DNA from: a virus
Lineage: Duplodnaviria > Heunggongvirae > Uroviricota > Caudoviricetes
Length of the DNA stretch: 64,000 bases
Virus record (IMG/VR): IMGVR_UViG_2778261510_000005
Strand: one strand, 5' to 3'
The notes under the pieces are model-generated. The model was given only the letters and a program-made list of their open reading frames with translations, was not told where the DNA came from and searched no databases. Each line of letters starts with the position of its first letter. Position 1 is the stretch's first letter. The translations under genes and the position numbers were made by a program. Of the stretch, positions 1-9,202 are shown piece after piece.

Positions 1-446
1 GCATCAAGCAATTCAGATTTGCCACCGTCGATAAATTTGTCGGTGGTCATTTTGCTGGCTAACCGGTTCAGAGCATCTGCAACCTTCTGGCGTAGATCGG
101 TATCAGTAATATCATCTACACCTTTGCGATAGGTCTGAAATACCGTTGTGACTTTTGCTGGATCAACCTTGTAGGCTACGCCGATGTGGTAACCAATGGT
201 TGTTCCGTCGCTCATCTGGAAGCTGAACGGCTCATCGTATGTCTTCATTTGCTTAAAGGTCGGGAAGATATAAACTTCAGTATTCAAGCCTGTCCAGTAG
301 CGACCAACACCAACTACTTCACCGATACCTTTATCATCCCCCAGCTTATTTACTTTGATCCCTACGTTACCTGGCTCTACCCGATCGCATCCGGTCAGAC
401 ATAAAGAACCCAAAATAATCGCTGCACTAATCAACGTTTTTTTCAT
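1..446 (-). CDS. SPFH/band-7-like lipoprotein, N-terminal 148 codons; gene runs off the window start
   Basis: ATG at 446..444 on minus strand; translation MKKTLISAAIILGSLCLTGCDRVEPGNVGIKVNK... has signal peptide and lipobox LTGC; not in ORF track because it has no in-window stop. Confidence 0.55.
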   Translation of the reverse strand, partial: MKKTLISAAIILGSLCLTGCDRVEPGNVGIKVNKLGDDKGIGEVVGVGRYWTGLNTEVYIFPTFKQMKTYDEPFSFQMSDGTTIGYHIGVAYKVDPAKVTTVFQTYRKGVDDITDTDLRQKVADALNRLASKMTTDKFIDGGKSELLD

Positions 447-663
447 TAATTAATTTCCTGGTTTTTTCACGAAAAAAGACTACTGCGAAAGCCGGGTAAA
501 TGAGCGCGAAAAGGACTCCCAACAATACAAGTATTGTGCTGTTAGATGAGATCATATTTGGCAAAAGCCAAACATACAGAACCAGTGACACAATCAAACA
601 GAGGACGGCATAAATATATAACCGCACCCATAGCGTTCGACATTTGTTCGGATTGTTCTGCAT
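427..663 (-). CDS. small two-helix membrane protein
   Basis: 78-aa ORF with two hydrophobic segments; GGAG-like RBS upstream of ATG at 663; overlaps lipoprotein start by 20 nt. Confidence 0.45.
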   Translation of the reverse strand: MQNNPNKCRTLWVRLYIYAVLCLIVSLVLYVWLLPNMISSNSTILVLLGVLFALIYPAFAVVFFREKTRKLINEKNVD

Positions 664-1033
664 CCTCTCACTCCATTATTTAACGAATAAAAAAGCTGCG
701 GTGCCGGGTGCCTCCCGGTGTCCTTTGGCTGGTTATCCACCGTGGGCGGGGAAACAAGGAGAAATAATGGACAGATATAACCATTTCCCCGCGTGCGCTT
801 AGCCGCATTCACCGCAACGGAAAGAGCATTCTTGGTGGACCTGTAGATTGGGATATGACCCCGTTACGCCAGTGTTCTCAACGTTGTAGTGCCGGTTACG
901 GTTCCGGCCAGGCCTCTTCCTCAACGGGGGGTTCTCCATACGGACTACCGTTTATTGGTCGTTCCTGCGGTTTATGTTGTGAAGCCAGATGCTTATCTTC
1001 TGGTTGCTTCTAAGAGCTGCACTTCATCACAAC

Positions 1034-1107
1034 GGTAAGGGTACTTCGTAGGGATTCGAACCCTCTGCCAAGCACGGCGATCTCCGACGTCGCAAAATAC
1101 CCTTACC
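1034..1107 (-). other. tRNA-like element with GGTTCGAATCC T-loop motif enclosed by a 10-15 bp inverted repeat; does not fold as a canonical tRNA
   Basis: minus strand GGTAAGGGTA...GGGTTCGAATCCC...TACCCTTACC; terminal arms are reverse complements; no consistent acceptor/anticodon arms found by hand. Confidence 0.25.
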
Positions 1108-1115
1108 TGTTGTGT

Positions 1116-1191
1116 TGGTGCCGGTTAACGGACTCGAACCGCTGACATCCTGCTTACAAGGCAGGCGCTCTGCCAACTGAGCTAAACCGGC
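1116..1191 (-). tRNA. tRNA-Thr (anticodon UGU), CCA encoded
   Basis: minus strand GCCGGTT-TA-GCTC..GAGC-G-CCTGC-CTTGTAA-GCAGG-ATGTC-AGCGG-TTCGAGT-CCGTT-AACCGGC-A-CCA; hand-folded cloverleaf, 76 nt. Confidence 0.85.
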
Positions 1192-1193
1192 AT

Positions 1194-1269
1194 TGGCGAT
1201 GGTGGATGGATTTGAACCATCGACCTGTTGATTAACAGTCAACCGCTCTAACCGCTGAGCTACACCATC
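1194..1269 (-). tRNA. tRNA-Asn (anticodon GUU), CCA encoded
   Basis: minus strand GATGGTG-TA-GCTC..GAGC-G-GTTGA-CTGTTAA-TCAAC-AGGTC-GATGG-TTCAAAT-CCATC-CACCATC-G-CCA; 76 nt, 2 nt from tRNA-Thr. Confidence 0.85.
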
Positions 1270-1937
1270 ACTTGCCGGGTACGTCTCCGGCGAGGGCTTC
1301 CACCTCCGTATGCTTTTCGGCGCACCGCGCCCTGGCTGCAATTCGGTAACAGGGGATGCATAACCCTGGCTTCCAGCGTGATTAGCGCTTTCAGCATGAC
1401 GGGATATACCCGTAAATTCGTGGAACTGTACCCAAAGTGCTGTTAAGCACCGCTGTTACGCTGAAAAGAAGACGCAACAGGAAAGGACGCTGACCAACAG
1501 ATGGCCCCTTCTCGTTCATCTGGTTAATCACACCAGCGCCCTTACCTGTTGTGCCTCCCCGTTCCCTAATACACAGACGGGGACACTCTGCGGTCGATTT
1601 TTTGACGGGGGACGACTCATACCCCGTGGCGCCTGGCTTCTTAGGCCGCTACCATCATCAGATCATCGTTTGCATTTACTTTAATGGTCAGTTTCTAAAC
1701 CGCCGCAAAGTCGCTAACCATGACGAAAACCCTGAAAAAAACGCCCACCCGAAGATGGGCAAACTGGAAGCTCGTAACGCACTTCGGTGTTGCCACTTAG
1801 GCGCATGGTCAACCTGGCAACTCGGCGTCATGAGGGGGAAGGAGTCACTACCCCGCCATACTTGCCGCCGCGCCTGTCGCGGTTAACAGCTAAATCGCTC
1901 TATAAATCACGATTCATTGAGGCGATATTACACTAAT

Positions 1938-1954
1938 AAATTTATTAGAGCAAT
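1938..1954. promoter_or_regulatory. C1-repressor-type operator (AAATTTATTAGAGCAAT), overlapping partial inverse copy CTAATAAATTT
   Basis: 17/17 match to reverse complement of P1 operator consensus ATTGCTCTAATAAATTT; lies between dmt 3' end and the tRNA cluster. Confidence 0.6.
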
Positions 1955-4209
1955 ATCGCCATAACGTCATGAGCAACACCACGAGTGTCTCCCTTACAAG
2001 ACACAGAACGTCTGGCAAAGAGAGGTTCCACTCTGAAGCCACTGTCCTGATAAAGTTCTCTGATGTTTGGCGCGCCACTGTTTGTAATGAGAACTTTTGC
2101 ACCTCGACGATGAGCATCCGTCAACAGAGACACCAGGCGTTTTTGCTCTTCAAACTTAAAGTCATGACCGGAATAGTTCGTGAATCCCTCTGTATTTGGA
2201 AGCGGTTCATACGGCGGATCGCAAAAGATGACATCTCCTTCTCCGGCAGCTTCAATCACCGCTGCAAAATCACCGCATACAAACTCAGACCGCCCTTCCG
2301 CACCGAGGAAGGCTTCCATCTCCTGTAATGGGAAATACGGAGTTTTATACTTCCCATAACCGACATTGAACTCACCGGCCTGGTTGTAACGCGTCAATCC
2401 GTTAAAACAATGTCGGTTCAGGAACAAAAACGCCGCTGCGCGATGTAAATCATCATAGACTTGTTTGTTAAACGCATTCCGTACTGCCAGGTATCCTTCC
2501 TGTGTGTTGTAGTCCTGGAAAAAACGATGTGCCAGAGTGATAAGTGAATGCGCCTCGCGTTGCAGAGTCTTGTAAAAGTTAATCAGGTCAGCATTCACAT
2601 CATTTAGCAGATTTTCCTGGTATCCGGCATTCATGAAGACAGCTCCGCCACCAACGAAAGGTTCAATCAGGCGCTTCCCTTCTGGCAAATAGCGAAAGAT
2701 TTGTTCCAGAACACCAAATTTTCCACCAGCCCATTTGAATATGGACCGTTCGAATTCTGCCGCTGGTTTAACTTTTCGCTCTTTTGTTTCACTTCCTTCT
2801 TTCTGCCGACATACGGCCTTAGTAATCCGATCGCCAATCCAGCGCATTACTGGTATTGCCATACTATTGCCGATCGCTTTGTAACGCGGTCCGTCAGCTG
2901 CAAGCATCGCGGCCTCTTCTTCGCTTAAATCTGGATAGTGATTGCGAAGATATGCCAGTTCATCTGAATTAACTTTTTTACGCTTTTCCGTCGGGATCAA
3001 CGTATGCCCATCAGGAAAACCTTGCAGCCTTTCACATTCGACAGGGGTAAGACGGCGGACAGCTACTTCTGCGTTTCTTACTTCATAGCAAACAGCTGTT
3101 GGATTTTTAGCCATTAGAGATGGTGAAGTATTCTTAGTTGCAGCATGTTGTGTACCGCTCATACGCTCAGGAAAAGCCAATGTAACAAGATGCTCATGGC
3201 TTTCTTGCTCACGTGCCCGCAATGTACCATGCCCTTCTGACCAAAAACCTGCTCCTGTGCTGCTAAAAACGGCAAGGTCAGTGGCATCTTTAAAATCTCT
3301 TGCCTTTACTGTCGATGCGGTTTCATCGTCAATATATTCCCCAAATGCCGCCATCCTGAAAGCGTTTACGGCTTTCGTCGATTTCATACCGGGTGGCATG
3401 TCAGCGTGTAGGCATGGATTTAGGCTTTCGCCACTGATTGCAGCGCCATTTGCAATAATGGCGGAAGCGATTTCCTTCTTTTTTCGGCTCGGCGCAATAT
3501 TCCGGCGCACGCCTTCGAACTCAAAAAGTACCGTTGCGGGATCGAAGTCTGTTCGAGCACTTGCGACAACAAACACGCGTCGGCGTCGTTGTGCCACTCC
3601 GAAGTATTGGGCATCAAGGATTCTCCAGGCCACCTTTCGCTGCGGTCCATAAATACAACCACACTGCGGCCACTTTGGAGCATGGCAACCGGTTTTGCCA
3701 TCCCACCGCCAGAACGCGTTACTTTTTCCTGATTCAGGTCGATCACCTGGTTCAAATGGCGCATCTTCTCCAGCCAATCCGGCAAGGAAACATCCGAAGG
3801 CGTTATCTGCCGATGACAAGACTCCTGGGACATTTTCCCAGACGATAACGGCTGGTTTGAGAAATGACTCAGCCCGTTTGTCGTCAATTGCATTTGCAAG
3901 CTCCACATACTTTAAAGTTAGCGCGCCACGCTCATCATCAAGCCCACCACCTAATCCTGCGATACTGAATGCCTGACAAGGTGTTCCCCCGACGAGCACA
4001 TCAGGGGATTCGATTTCCCCAGCCAGGACTTTTTGGGCAAGTTTTGTCATGTCGCCAAGGTTGGCGACATGGGGCCAGCGGTGCGCAAGAACGGCAGATG
4101 GAAAAGGCTCGATTTCAGCAAACCACGCCGGACGCATACCCAACGGTTCCCAGGCAATACTCGCGGCTTCAATTCCACTGCAAACAGATCCATAGCACAG
4201 CTCTTTCAC
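1945..4209 (-). CDS. dmt: bifunctional DNA methyltransferase: C5-cytosine MTase N-terminal half, Dam-like N6-adenine MTase C-terminal half
   Basis: 754 aa; C5 motifs [12 protein letters not shown] and VIVWENVPG; Dam-type motifs FKWAGGK and FCDPPYEPL; GTG start overlapping upstream stop (GTGA). Confidence 0.85.
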   Translation of the reverse strand: MKELCYGSVCSGIEAASIAWEPLGMRPAWFAEIEPFPSAVLAHRWPHVANLGDMTKLAQKVLAGEIESPDVLVGGTPCQAFSIAGLGGGLDDERGALTLKYVELANAIDDKRAESFLKPAVIVWENVPGVLSSADNAFGCFLAGLAGEDAPFEPGDRPESGKSNAFWRWDGKTGCHAPKWPQCGCIYGPQRKVAWRILDAQYFGVAQRRRRVFVVASARTDFDPATVLFEFEGVRRNIAPSRKKKEIASAIIANGAAISGESLNPCLHADMPPGMKSTKAVNAFRMAAFGEYIDDETASTVKARDFKDATDLAVFSSTGAGFWSEGHGTLRAREQESHEHLVTLAFPERMSGTQHAATKNTSPSLMAKNPTAVCYEVRNAEVAVRRLTPVECERLQGFPDGHTLIPTEKRKKVNSDELAYLRNHYPDLSEEEAAMLAADGPRYKAIGNSMAIPVMRWIGDRITKAVCRQKEGSETKERKVKPAAEFERSIFKWAGGKFGVLEQIFRYLPEGKRLIEPFVGGGAVFMNAGYQENLLNDVNADLINFYKTLQREAHSLITLAHRFFQDYNTQEGYLAVRNAFNKQVYDDLHRAAAFLFLNRHCFNGLTRYNQAGEFNVGYGKYKTPYFPLQEMEAFLGAEGRSEFVCGDFAAVIEAAGEGDVIFCDPPYEPLPNTEGFTNYSGHDFKFEEQKRLVSLLTDAHRRGAKVLITNSGAPNIRELYQDSGFRVEPLFARRSVSCKGDTRGVAHDVMAILL

Positions 4210-5111
4210 TGCTTAGCCTCTCCACCAAGGGCATTTACCAGAGCATCAACCAGGCACGAAATTTCACTGGTCAACAGGAAGAAATCTGCGTCCAGTCGCT
4301 GCGCAACATCTTCATTATCAATATCAGAGTTCTGCTCAAGCAATTCATCCGCAAATTTGACGCTGGTAAGGCTGAAGTTATGGTCCAGTGTAAATTTAAT
4401 GCGGTTCTGCCAGTCGAGTGCCAACTTAGTGACGAGCTTGCCAGCTTCCAGGTGTGTGGAAATTTCATCGCTTCCCAAATCCTGCTTTTTCACTCGGGCA
4501 ATACCGCCATCCTCAAGCACTGCCTTAAGTTCTGCCGCATCCCCCATTTGAAATCCTTGTGGAGCACTACCATCACGTACCCAGTCGGTCAGCGTTAATT
4601 CAATGGGATTTTCAACACTCAGGGGAACAACAGGAAGAGAACCCAGAGACTTACGCATAAGCGCGAGCATATCCTCTGCCTGCCGCGCGCTGGCATTGAT
4701 ATAGATACGTTTAGTTGAACCGTCGTAGATCGCCTGGATAACAGAAAACTTTGAAAAAGCCCGTGGCAGAAGAGAATGCAGAACTTCGTCTTTCAGGGAG
4801 TCCTTCTCTGTTTTCTTCAGTTTACGCGCTTGTTCTTGCTCAAGTTTTTCAATTTTTTCTTGAATAGCTCGCTGGATAACCGGCGGGGGAAGAATTTTTG
4901 TTTCGCGCTTTGCTTCAACAAGGATAAAACCATTTCCATGCATAGCGATAACTTCGGAATTATCACCAAATGGAGATACAAAACCGAACTTGGCCATATC
5001 CTGACTACCGCATGGCGTGAAAAGGATCATTTTCTTTTTATCTTCTAAGTCGGTCAGATCCGCCTCACGAGAAAGTTTATAAATAGTAATGTTTTTCCAG
5101 TGCTTAAACAT
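4206..5111 (-). CDS. hrdC: RdgC-like recombination-associated protein
   Basis: N-terminus [16 protein letters not shown]...[14 protein letters not shown] resembles E. coli RdgC (MLWFKNLMVYRL...); start trimmed to ATG at 5111 with AAGGG RBS. Confidence 0.8.
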   Translation of the reverse strand: MFKHWKNITIYKLSREADLTDLEDKKKMILFTPCGSQDMAKFGFVSPFGDNSEVIAMHGNGFILVEAKRETKILPPPVIQRAIQEKIEKLEQEQARKLKKTEKDSLKDEVLHSLLPRAFSKFSVIQAIYDGSTKRIYINASARQAEDMLALMRKSLGSLPVVPLSVENPIELTLTDWVRDGSAPQGFQMGDAAELKAVLEDGGIARVKKQDLGSDEISTHLEAGKLVTKLALDWQNRIKFTLDHNFSLTSVKFADELLEQNSDIDNEDVAQRLDADFFLLTSEISCLVDALVNALGGEAKQ

Positions 5112-5451
5112 GTTGTAACCCTTGAATATCAACCACAGAAAGCTCGTCTTTGTAGAAAAAGGCCAGGTTGTGGCACCCCCTCGTTTGAGCGTATGAGCTG
5201 GGACCAATTTCGTTCTTCCAGACAAATGGCTTCAAATCCGTACGGCGAAGCATAAAAACGCGATTTGTTCCGCTCTGATTCCCAATGAGGCAAAAGCCTT
5301 CTTTCACCTTGATAGCCTGCAAGTTGTCGAGTTCACCGCTGGTTACACGGCTATCGAACTCTTTGCGGCTTATTAGCTCCATCTGCATCTGACGACTCCA
5401 AACAAATGCCCATTGAAGGGCGATGGCTGAATGGTACCGAAAATACGACAT
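5104..5451 (-). CDS. hypothetical protein, first gene of the operator-controlled hrdC-dmt operon
   Basis: ORF overlaps hrdC start by 8 nt; ATG at 5451 just downstream of the operator at 5460-5476; no clear SD. Confidence 0.4.
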   Translation of the reverse strand: MSYFRYHSAIALQWAFVWSRQMQMELISRKEFDSRVTSGELDNLQAIKVKEGFCLIGNQSGTNRVFMLRRTDLKPFVWKNEIGPSSYAQTRGCHNLAFFYKDELSVVDIQGLQHV

Positions 5452-5459
5452 AAAAAACA

Positions 5460-5476
5460 ATATTTATTAGAGCAAT
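5460..5476. promoter_or_regulatory. C1-repressor-type operator upstream of the uhr-hrdC-dmt operon
   Basis: ATATTTATTAGAGCAAT, 16/17 match to operator consensus. Confidence 0.6.
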
Positions 5477-5557
5477 TTTGCAATAGTTGAACTCCATGTA
5501 GACCACAAACAACCTGAGTTAAAATAACGAAAATCAGAGCAAATAATTGGTGATGAC

Positions 5558-5842
5558 GTGGCAAGTATTGCAACAAAAGACAGCATTTGTTCGGGGCACG
5601 GAGGATTCCCATCTAGGCCTCCTGTAGAGAGTGAACCACTACTTAAAGTCAACGGAGTCGAAGTGTTAGTTGATGGTAAGCAATATGCACAGCATACCGA
5701 TGGAAACAGTACGCACGGTGGGCAAGCTATATCAACCAGGGCATGGTTTACCGTCAATGGTAAAGGGATCGTATGCGTTGGTGACCCTGTTTCATGCGGA
5801 TCTACCGTAGCGTCCGGAGACGGCCTGGTTCAGGTAAGTTAG
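5558..5842 (+). CDS. PAAR-like small cysteine/glycine-rich protein
   Basis: 94 aa, GTG start; repeated HGG, VNG/VDG and CxGD motifs (SICSGHGG...NSTHGG...VNGKGIVCVGDPVSCG) typical of PAAR-type spike tips. Confidence 0.45.
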   Translation: MASIATKDSICSGHGGFPSRPPVESEPLLKVNGVEVLVDGKQYAQHTDGNSTHGGQAISTRAWFTVNGKGIVCVGDPVSCGSTVASGDGLVQVS

Positions 5843-5850
5843 GAGATATC

Positions 5851-6639
5851 ATGCTGGAAAAAGACTACCAGTTATCCGCATATAAAAAATTGGCCGCCGC
5901 CGGTGGGATGAAAACACCTGGTGCCATAACATCGGCACGAAACAGTGCTAACACAGCAAAACTGCTTGCAGAAGAATTGACCGGATTAATTCTGGATACA
6001 ATTGTCTATCCCGACACTATTACCAGCTATGTTTCAACGATCAGAACAACCACAACCGGCTTAACGAACATTGTCGAACTGGCAACTAAGCACGCGGACC
6101 TGTTGGCTGGTTATGCAGATCTGTCAATGCTGCTTCAACTCGATATTGGTTGGGATGTTTACTGCCGTGCTAATGAGCGAGAAGTATCAGAACTGCCGAT
6201 CTCTATTGCCATTGGTGATGTGACTATTACTAAATCGCTTGAGGACGCTGTAAACGCGCTTAATACATCAAGTTTAATCGCTGCTATGGGGGAGATTAAC
6301 CAGACCCTTAACACTGGCTCAGGAAGCTCGTCAGGCTCTGGTTCAGGCGGCGGCACTGCCACTCCCCCACCAGCACTAACAGAAGAGCAAATTGAATCTC
6401 TGAAAGTAGCAACTGAACAGTTTGGGGTTGTTTTCAACCAGACAACAGCGCCCACAACTGCGTTACAACAGCAGTATGAACGAGCGAATGAAAGCGCCAA
6501 TGTAGCCATAACTGCTTATAACCATGCTATCGGTACTGCGCTTGCGGAAGCATCAGCAAATAAGGCCAGCACAGCCAGCGCAGTTGCTGCTTTGGTTCCT
6601 GATTCTGTTCTTGATGAATTAAACAAAGCGGCACAGTAA
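5851..6639 (+). CDS. hypothetical two-domain protein with Gly/Ser-rich linker
   Basis: ATG at 5851 preceded by AGGAG (5841-5845), 8 nt after PAAR-like stop; linker GSGSSSGSGSGGGTATPPP. Confidence 0.55.
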   Translation: MLEKDYQLSAYKKLAAAGGMKTPGAITSARNSANTAKLLAEELTGLILDTIVYPDTITSYVSTIRTTTTGLTNIVELATKHADLLAGYADLSMLLQLDIGWDVYCRANEREVSELPISIAIGDVTITKSLEDAVNALNTSSLIAAMGEINQTLNTGSGSSSGSGSGGGTATPPPALTEEQIESLKVATEQFGVVFNQTTAPTTALQQQYERANESANVAITAYNHAIGTALAEASANKASTASAVAALVPDSVLDELNKAAQ

Positions 6640-6678
6640 CAAAGGACTTCATTGATAATTTTCCTTCAGGAGGAAGAC

Positions 6679-7101
6679 ATGTCATTCTTTTCTACGTTAA
6701 AAACAGCTTTGTCTTTGAAGGAGAAACTTGCTGCTACTGGTGTTCTTGTTCTGATTTGCGCACTTGTTGGTGCTGGGTTTGCATGGGAACGTCATCAGCT
6801 AAAGCAAGCCATCGAGAAAATTGGCAGTCTTGATCAGGCTGTTAAGGAACGTGATAAGTCAATAATGGATCTTAACCAGACCATTGAGACGATGAACAAA
6901 GCAGATCAACATTTTCACAGCCAGGAAGTGAAAAATGAATCAGAGCAAGCCAAGTATGCTGACAGGCAAATGGAACGAAAAGCAGAAGTTCAGAAACAAC
7001 TGGTTGCGGCGGGTAATGTTCGCCAGCGCATTCCTGCTGACACTCAGCGGTTGCTCCGGGAGTCGATCAGCGAATTTAACGCCGACGCCGACAAAGGTTA
7101 A
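6679..7101 (+). CDS. i-spanin-like (Rz-like) protein: N-terminal TM helix plus coiled coil
   Basis: ATG 6679 with GGAGGA RBS; TM segment ATGVLVLICALVGAGFAW followed by charged helical region; overlapped out-of-frame by a lipoprotein ORF. Confidence 0.5.
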   Translation: MSFFSTLKTALSLKEKLAATGVLVLICALVGAGFAWERHQLKQAIEKIGSLDQAVKERDKSIMDLNQTIETMNKADQHFHSQEVKNESEQAKYADRQMERKAEVQKQLVAAGNVRQRIPADTQRLLRESISEFNADADKG

Positions 7102-7267
7102 CCACCCTGCCCCCAAAAGTGCATTTATGTGCAGGATGCCGGAGTTTAGCAGTGAATATTTTGATGATCTGCCAGCGTATATCCTCGATACAGAAACGAT
7201 GCTGATGGGGATTAACAGGAAGAATCGCAACGTTAATGATTACAACCGCGCTATCAGCGGTAACTAA
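7016..7267 (+). CDS. o-spanin-like (Rz1-like) outer-membrane lipoprotein, overlapping the 3' end of the preceding gene in another frame
   Basis: internal ATG at 7016; MFASAFLLTLSGCSG lipobox; Pro-rich mature part; starts inside 6679..7101 and extends 166 nt beyond it. Confidence 0.45.
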   Translation: MFASAFLLTLSGCSGSRSANLTPTPTKVNHPAPKSAFMCRMPEFSSEYFDDLPAYILDTETMLMGINRKNRNVNDYNRAISGN

Positions 7268-7278
7268 AAGGGATTTTT

Positions 7279-7671
7279 ATGTCTGATAAAGTAACAGTTA
7301 AGCAAACTATCAACAAAGCGACTTCAATCTATAAAATTGAGCAAATCACTGTTGGCAAGCCAGGATCTGAACAATACCGTCATGCTTTCGAACTTGCCGA
7401 TCAGCTTGGTTTAAAACACCCGGATTGTATCGAGCATGTATTTCCAACTTATGCTGATGAGCAATGTAATCAAGTGCTTATTGAAGAGGATTTTTTCAGC
7501 ACTGAAGAACGAGAAGGCGTTGATCGCTGCATTGGTGTGATTTGTTCTTCGGTAAGTGATGATTTATTCCCTAATGTTCCGGAAGGTGGTGGTGTTGGAT
7601 ACCAATTCCTGTATGAAGGCGATGAGCTTAAATGTTATGAACATGGTCTTCTTATCGAAAGCGTAGAATAA
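7279..7671 (+). CDS. hypothetical acidic protein
   Basis: 130-aa ORF, ATG start, followed by intrinsic terminator. Confidence 0.5.
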   Translation: MSDKVTVKQTINKATSIYKIEQITVGKPGSEQYRHAFELADQLGLKHPDCIEHVFPTYADEQCNQVLIEEDFFSTEEREGVDRCIGVICSSVSDDLFPNVPEGGGVGYQFLYEGDELKCYEHGLLIESVE

Positions 7672-7685
7672 TACGGTTTCCTTCC

Positions 7686-7709
7686 AACCGGCTTTGTTGG
7701 CCGGTTTTT
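7686..7709 (+). terminator. rho-independent terminator
   Basis: AACCGGC/GCCGGTT stem, 7-nt loop, then TTTTT. Confidence 0.6.
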
Positions 7710-7712
7710 CAC

Positions 7713-7790
7713 TTATCCACATTATCCACTGGATAGATCCAATAATCAGGTCCATACAGATCCCAATTAGATCCATATAGATCCCTGATC
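7713..7790. promoter_or_regulatory. oriR: plasmid replication origin core: tandem DnaA boxes followed by five GATC-containing repeats
   Basis: TTATCCACA (7713-7721) and TTATCCACT (7722-7730) adjacent; GATC at 7736, 7759, 7770, 7780, 7787 within AGATCC-type repeats; another DnaA-box-like CTATCCACA at 7963-7971. Confidence 0.7.
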
Positions 7791-7829
7791 GTCGTAGGCC
7801 GCGCCCCGTCTGGCTTAGAAGCCTTTCGC

Positions 7830-7933
7830 GATGTGTGCTGGAGGGAAAATGATGTGCGCTGGAGGGAAAAAAATGTGTGCTGACGGGTTGCTAATGTGTG
7901 CTGGCGGGATATAGGATGTGTGCTGACGGGAAA
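7830..7933. repeat. incC: five direct 19-bp iterons spaced about 21 bp (RepA binding sites, repA promoter)
   Basis: GATGTGTGCTGGAGGGAAA at 7830; variants at 7851, 7872, 7893, 7915. Confidence 0.8.
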
Positions 7934-7989
7934 GCCTGGGTAGTTATCACCGCTTATAAAAACTATCCACATAATTCGGAAAAAGTAAT

Positions 7990-8850
7990 ATGAATCAATC
8001 ATTTATCTCCGATATTCTTTACGCAGACATTGAAAGTAAGGCAAAAGAACTAACAGTTAATTCAAACAACACTGTGCAGCCTGTAGCGTTGATGCGCTTG
8101 GGGGTATTCGTGCCGAAGCCATCAAAGAGCAAAGGAGAAAGTAAAGAGATTGATGCTACCAAAGCGTTTTCCCAGCTGGAGATAGCTAAAGCCGAGGGTT
8201 ACGATGATATTAAAATCACCGGTCCTCGACTCGATATGGATACTGATTTCAAAACGTGGATCGGTGTCATCTACGCGTTCAGCAAATACGGCTTGTCTTC
8301 AAACACCATCCAGTTATCGTTTCAGGAGTTCGCTAAAGCCTGTGGTTTCCCCTCAAAACGTCTGGATGCGAAACTGCGTTTAACCATTCATGAATCACTT
8401 GGACGCTTGCGTAACAAGGGTATCGCTTTTAAGCGCGGAAAAGATGCTAAAGGCGGCTATCAGACTGGTCTGCTGAAGGTCGGGCGTTTTGATGCTGACC
8501 TTGATCTGATAGAGCTGGAGGCCGATTCGAAGCTCTGGGAGCTGTTCCAGCTTGATTATCGCGTTCTGTTGCAACACCACGCCTTGCGTGCCCTTCCGAA
8601 GAAAGAAGCTGCACAAGCCATTTACACTTTCATCGAAAGCCTTCCGCAGAACCCGTTGCCGCTATCGTTCGCGCGAATCCGTGAGCGCCTGGCTTTGCAG
8701 TCAGCTGTTGGCGAGCAAAACCGTATCATTAAGAAAGCGATAGAACAGCTTAAAACAATCGGCTATCTCGACTGTTCAATTGAGAAGAAAGGCCGGGAAA
8801 GTTTTGTAATCGTCCATTCTCGCAATCCAAAGCTGAAACTTCCCGAATAA
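7990..8850 (+). CDS. repA: iteron-binding plasmid replication initiator
   Basis: 286 aa; flanked upstream and downstream by arrays of the same 19-bp iteron; size and context as in P1 RepA. Confidence 0.9.
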   Translation: MNQSFISDILYADIESKAKELTVNSNNTVQPVALMRLGVFVPKPSKSKGESKEIDATKAFSQLEIAKAEGYDDIKITGPRLDMDTDFKTWIGVIYAFSKYGLSSNTIQLSFQEFAKACGFPSKRLDAKLRLTIHESLGRLRNKGIAFKRGKDAKGGYQTGLLKVGRFDADLDLIELEADSKLWELFQLDYRVLLQHHALRALPKKEAAQAIYTFIESLPQNPLPLSFARIRERLALQSAVGEQNRIIKKAIEQLKTIGYLDCSIEKKGRESFVIVHSRNPKLKLPE

Positions 8851-9095
8851 GTGTGTGCTGGAGGGCAGCTGCATTTGAAAAATGTGCGCTGCCGGGTTGC
8901 GCCACGCAGTTTGCCCAGACATTCCCTCCAGCACACATCTAACCATCCAAGTTTCCCTCCAGCGCACATCTAATCTTCTATCTTTCCCTCCAGCACACAT
9001 ATTTGATACCAGCGATCCCTCCACAGCACATAATTCAATGCGACTTCCCTCTATCGCACATTCTGGTCCTGCATCATCCCTCCAGCACACATCTA
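8850..9095. repeat. incA: about eight to nine iterons in mixed orientation (copy-number control locus)
   Basis: two forward GTGTGCTGGAGGG-type copies (8850-8897) then six reverse CCCTCCAGCACACAT-type copies through 9093. Confidence 0.8.
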
Positions 9096-9202
9096 ATAGC
9101 CTCATCGCCATTTCTTTACGTGCAATAATTGACGCACGAATCAAAAAAAGTTGCACGTAGCAGAATCAAACGTACAATTCACTCATACGAAATGATAAGG
9201 AG

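Noticed and set aside
1027-1341. 104-aa minus-strand ORF in the ORF track
   Set aside because: It is read straight through two tRNA genes and the tRNA-like element on the same strand; no RBS; an artefact of the structured RNA region.
1551-1886. 111-aa plus-strand ORF in the 670-bp non-coding stretch between the tRNA cluster and dmt
   Set aside because: No RBS, atypical composition, and located in a region that is probably promoter or leader for the tRNA operon.
8776-9156. Several overlapping ORFs (62-126 aa) and the regular repeat array that could be mistaken for a CRISPR array
   Set aside because: The repeats are 19-bp replication iterons in mixed orientation with irregular short spacers, directly flanking repA; ORFs across them are repeat-driven artefacts.
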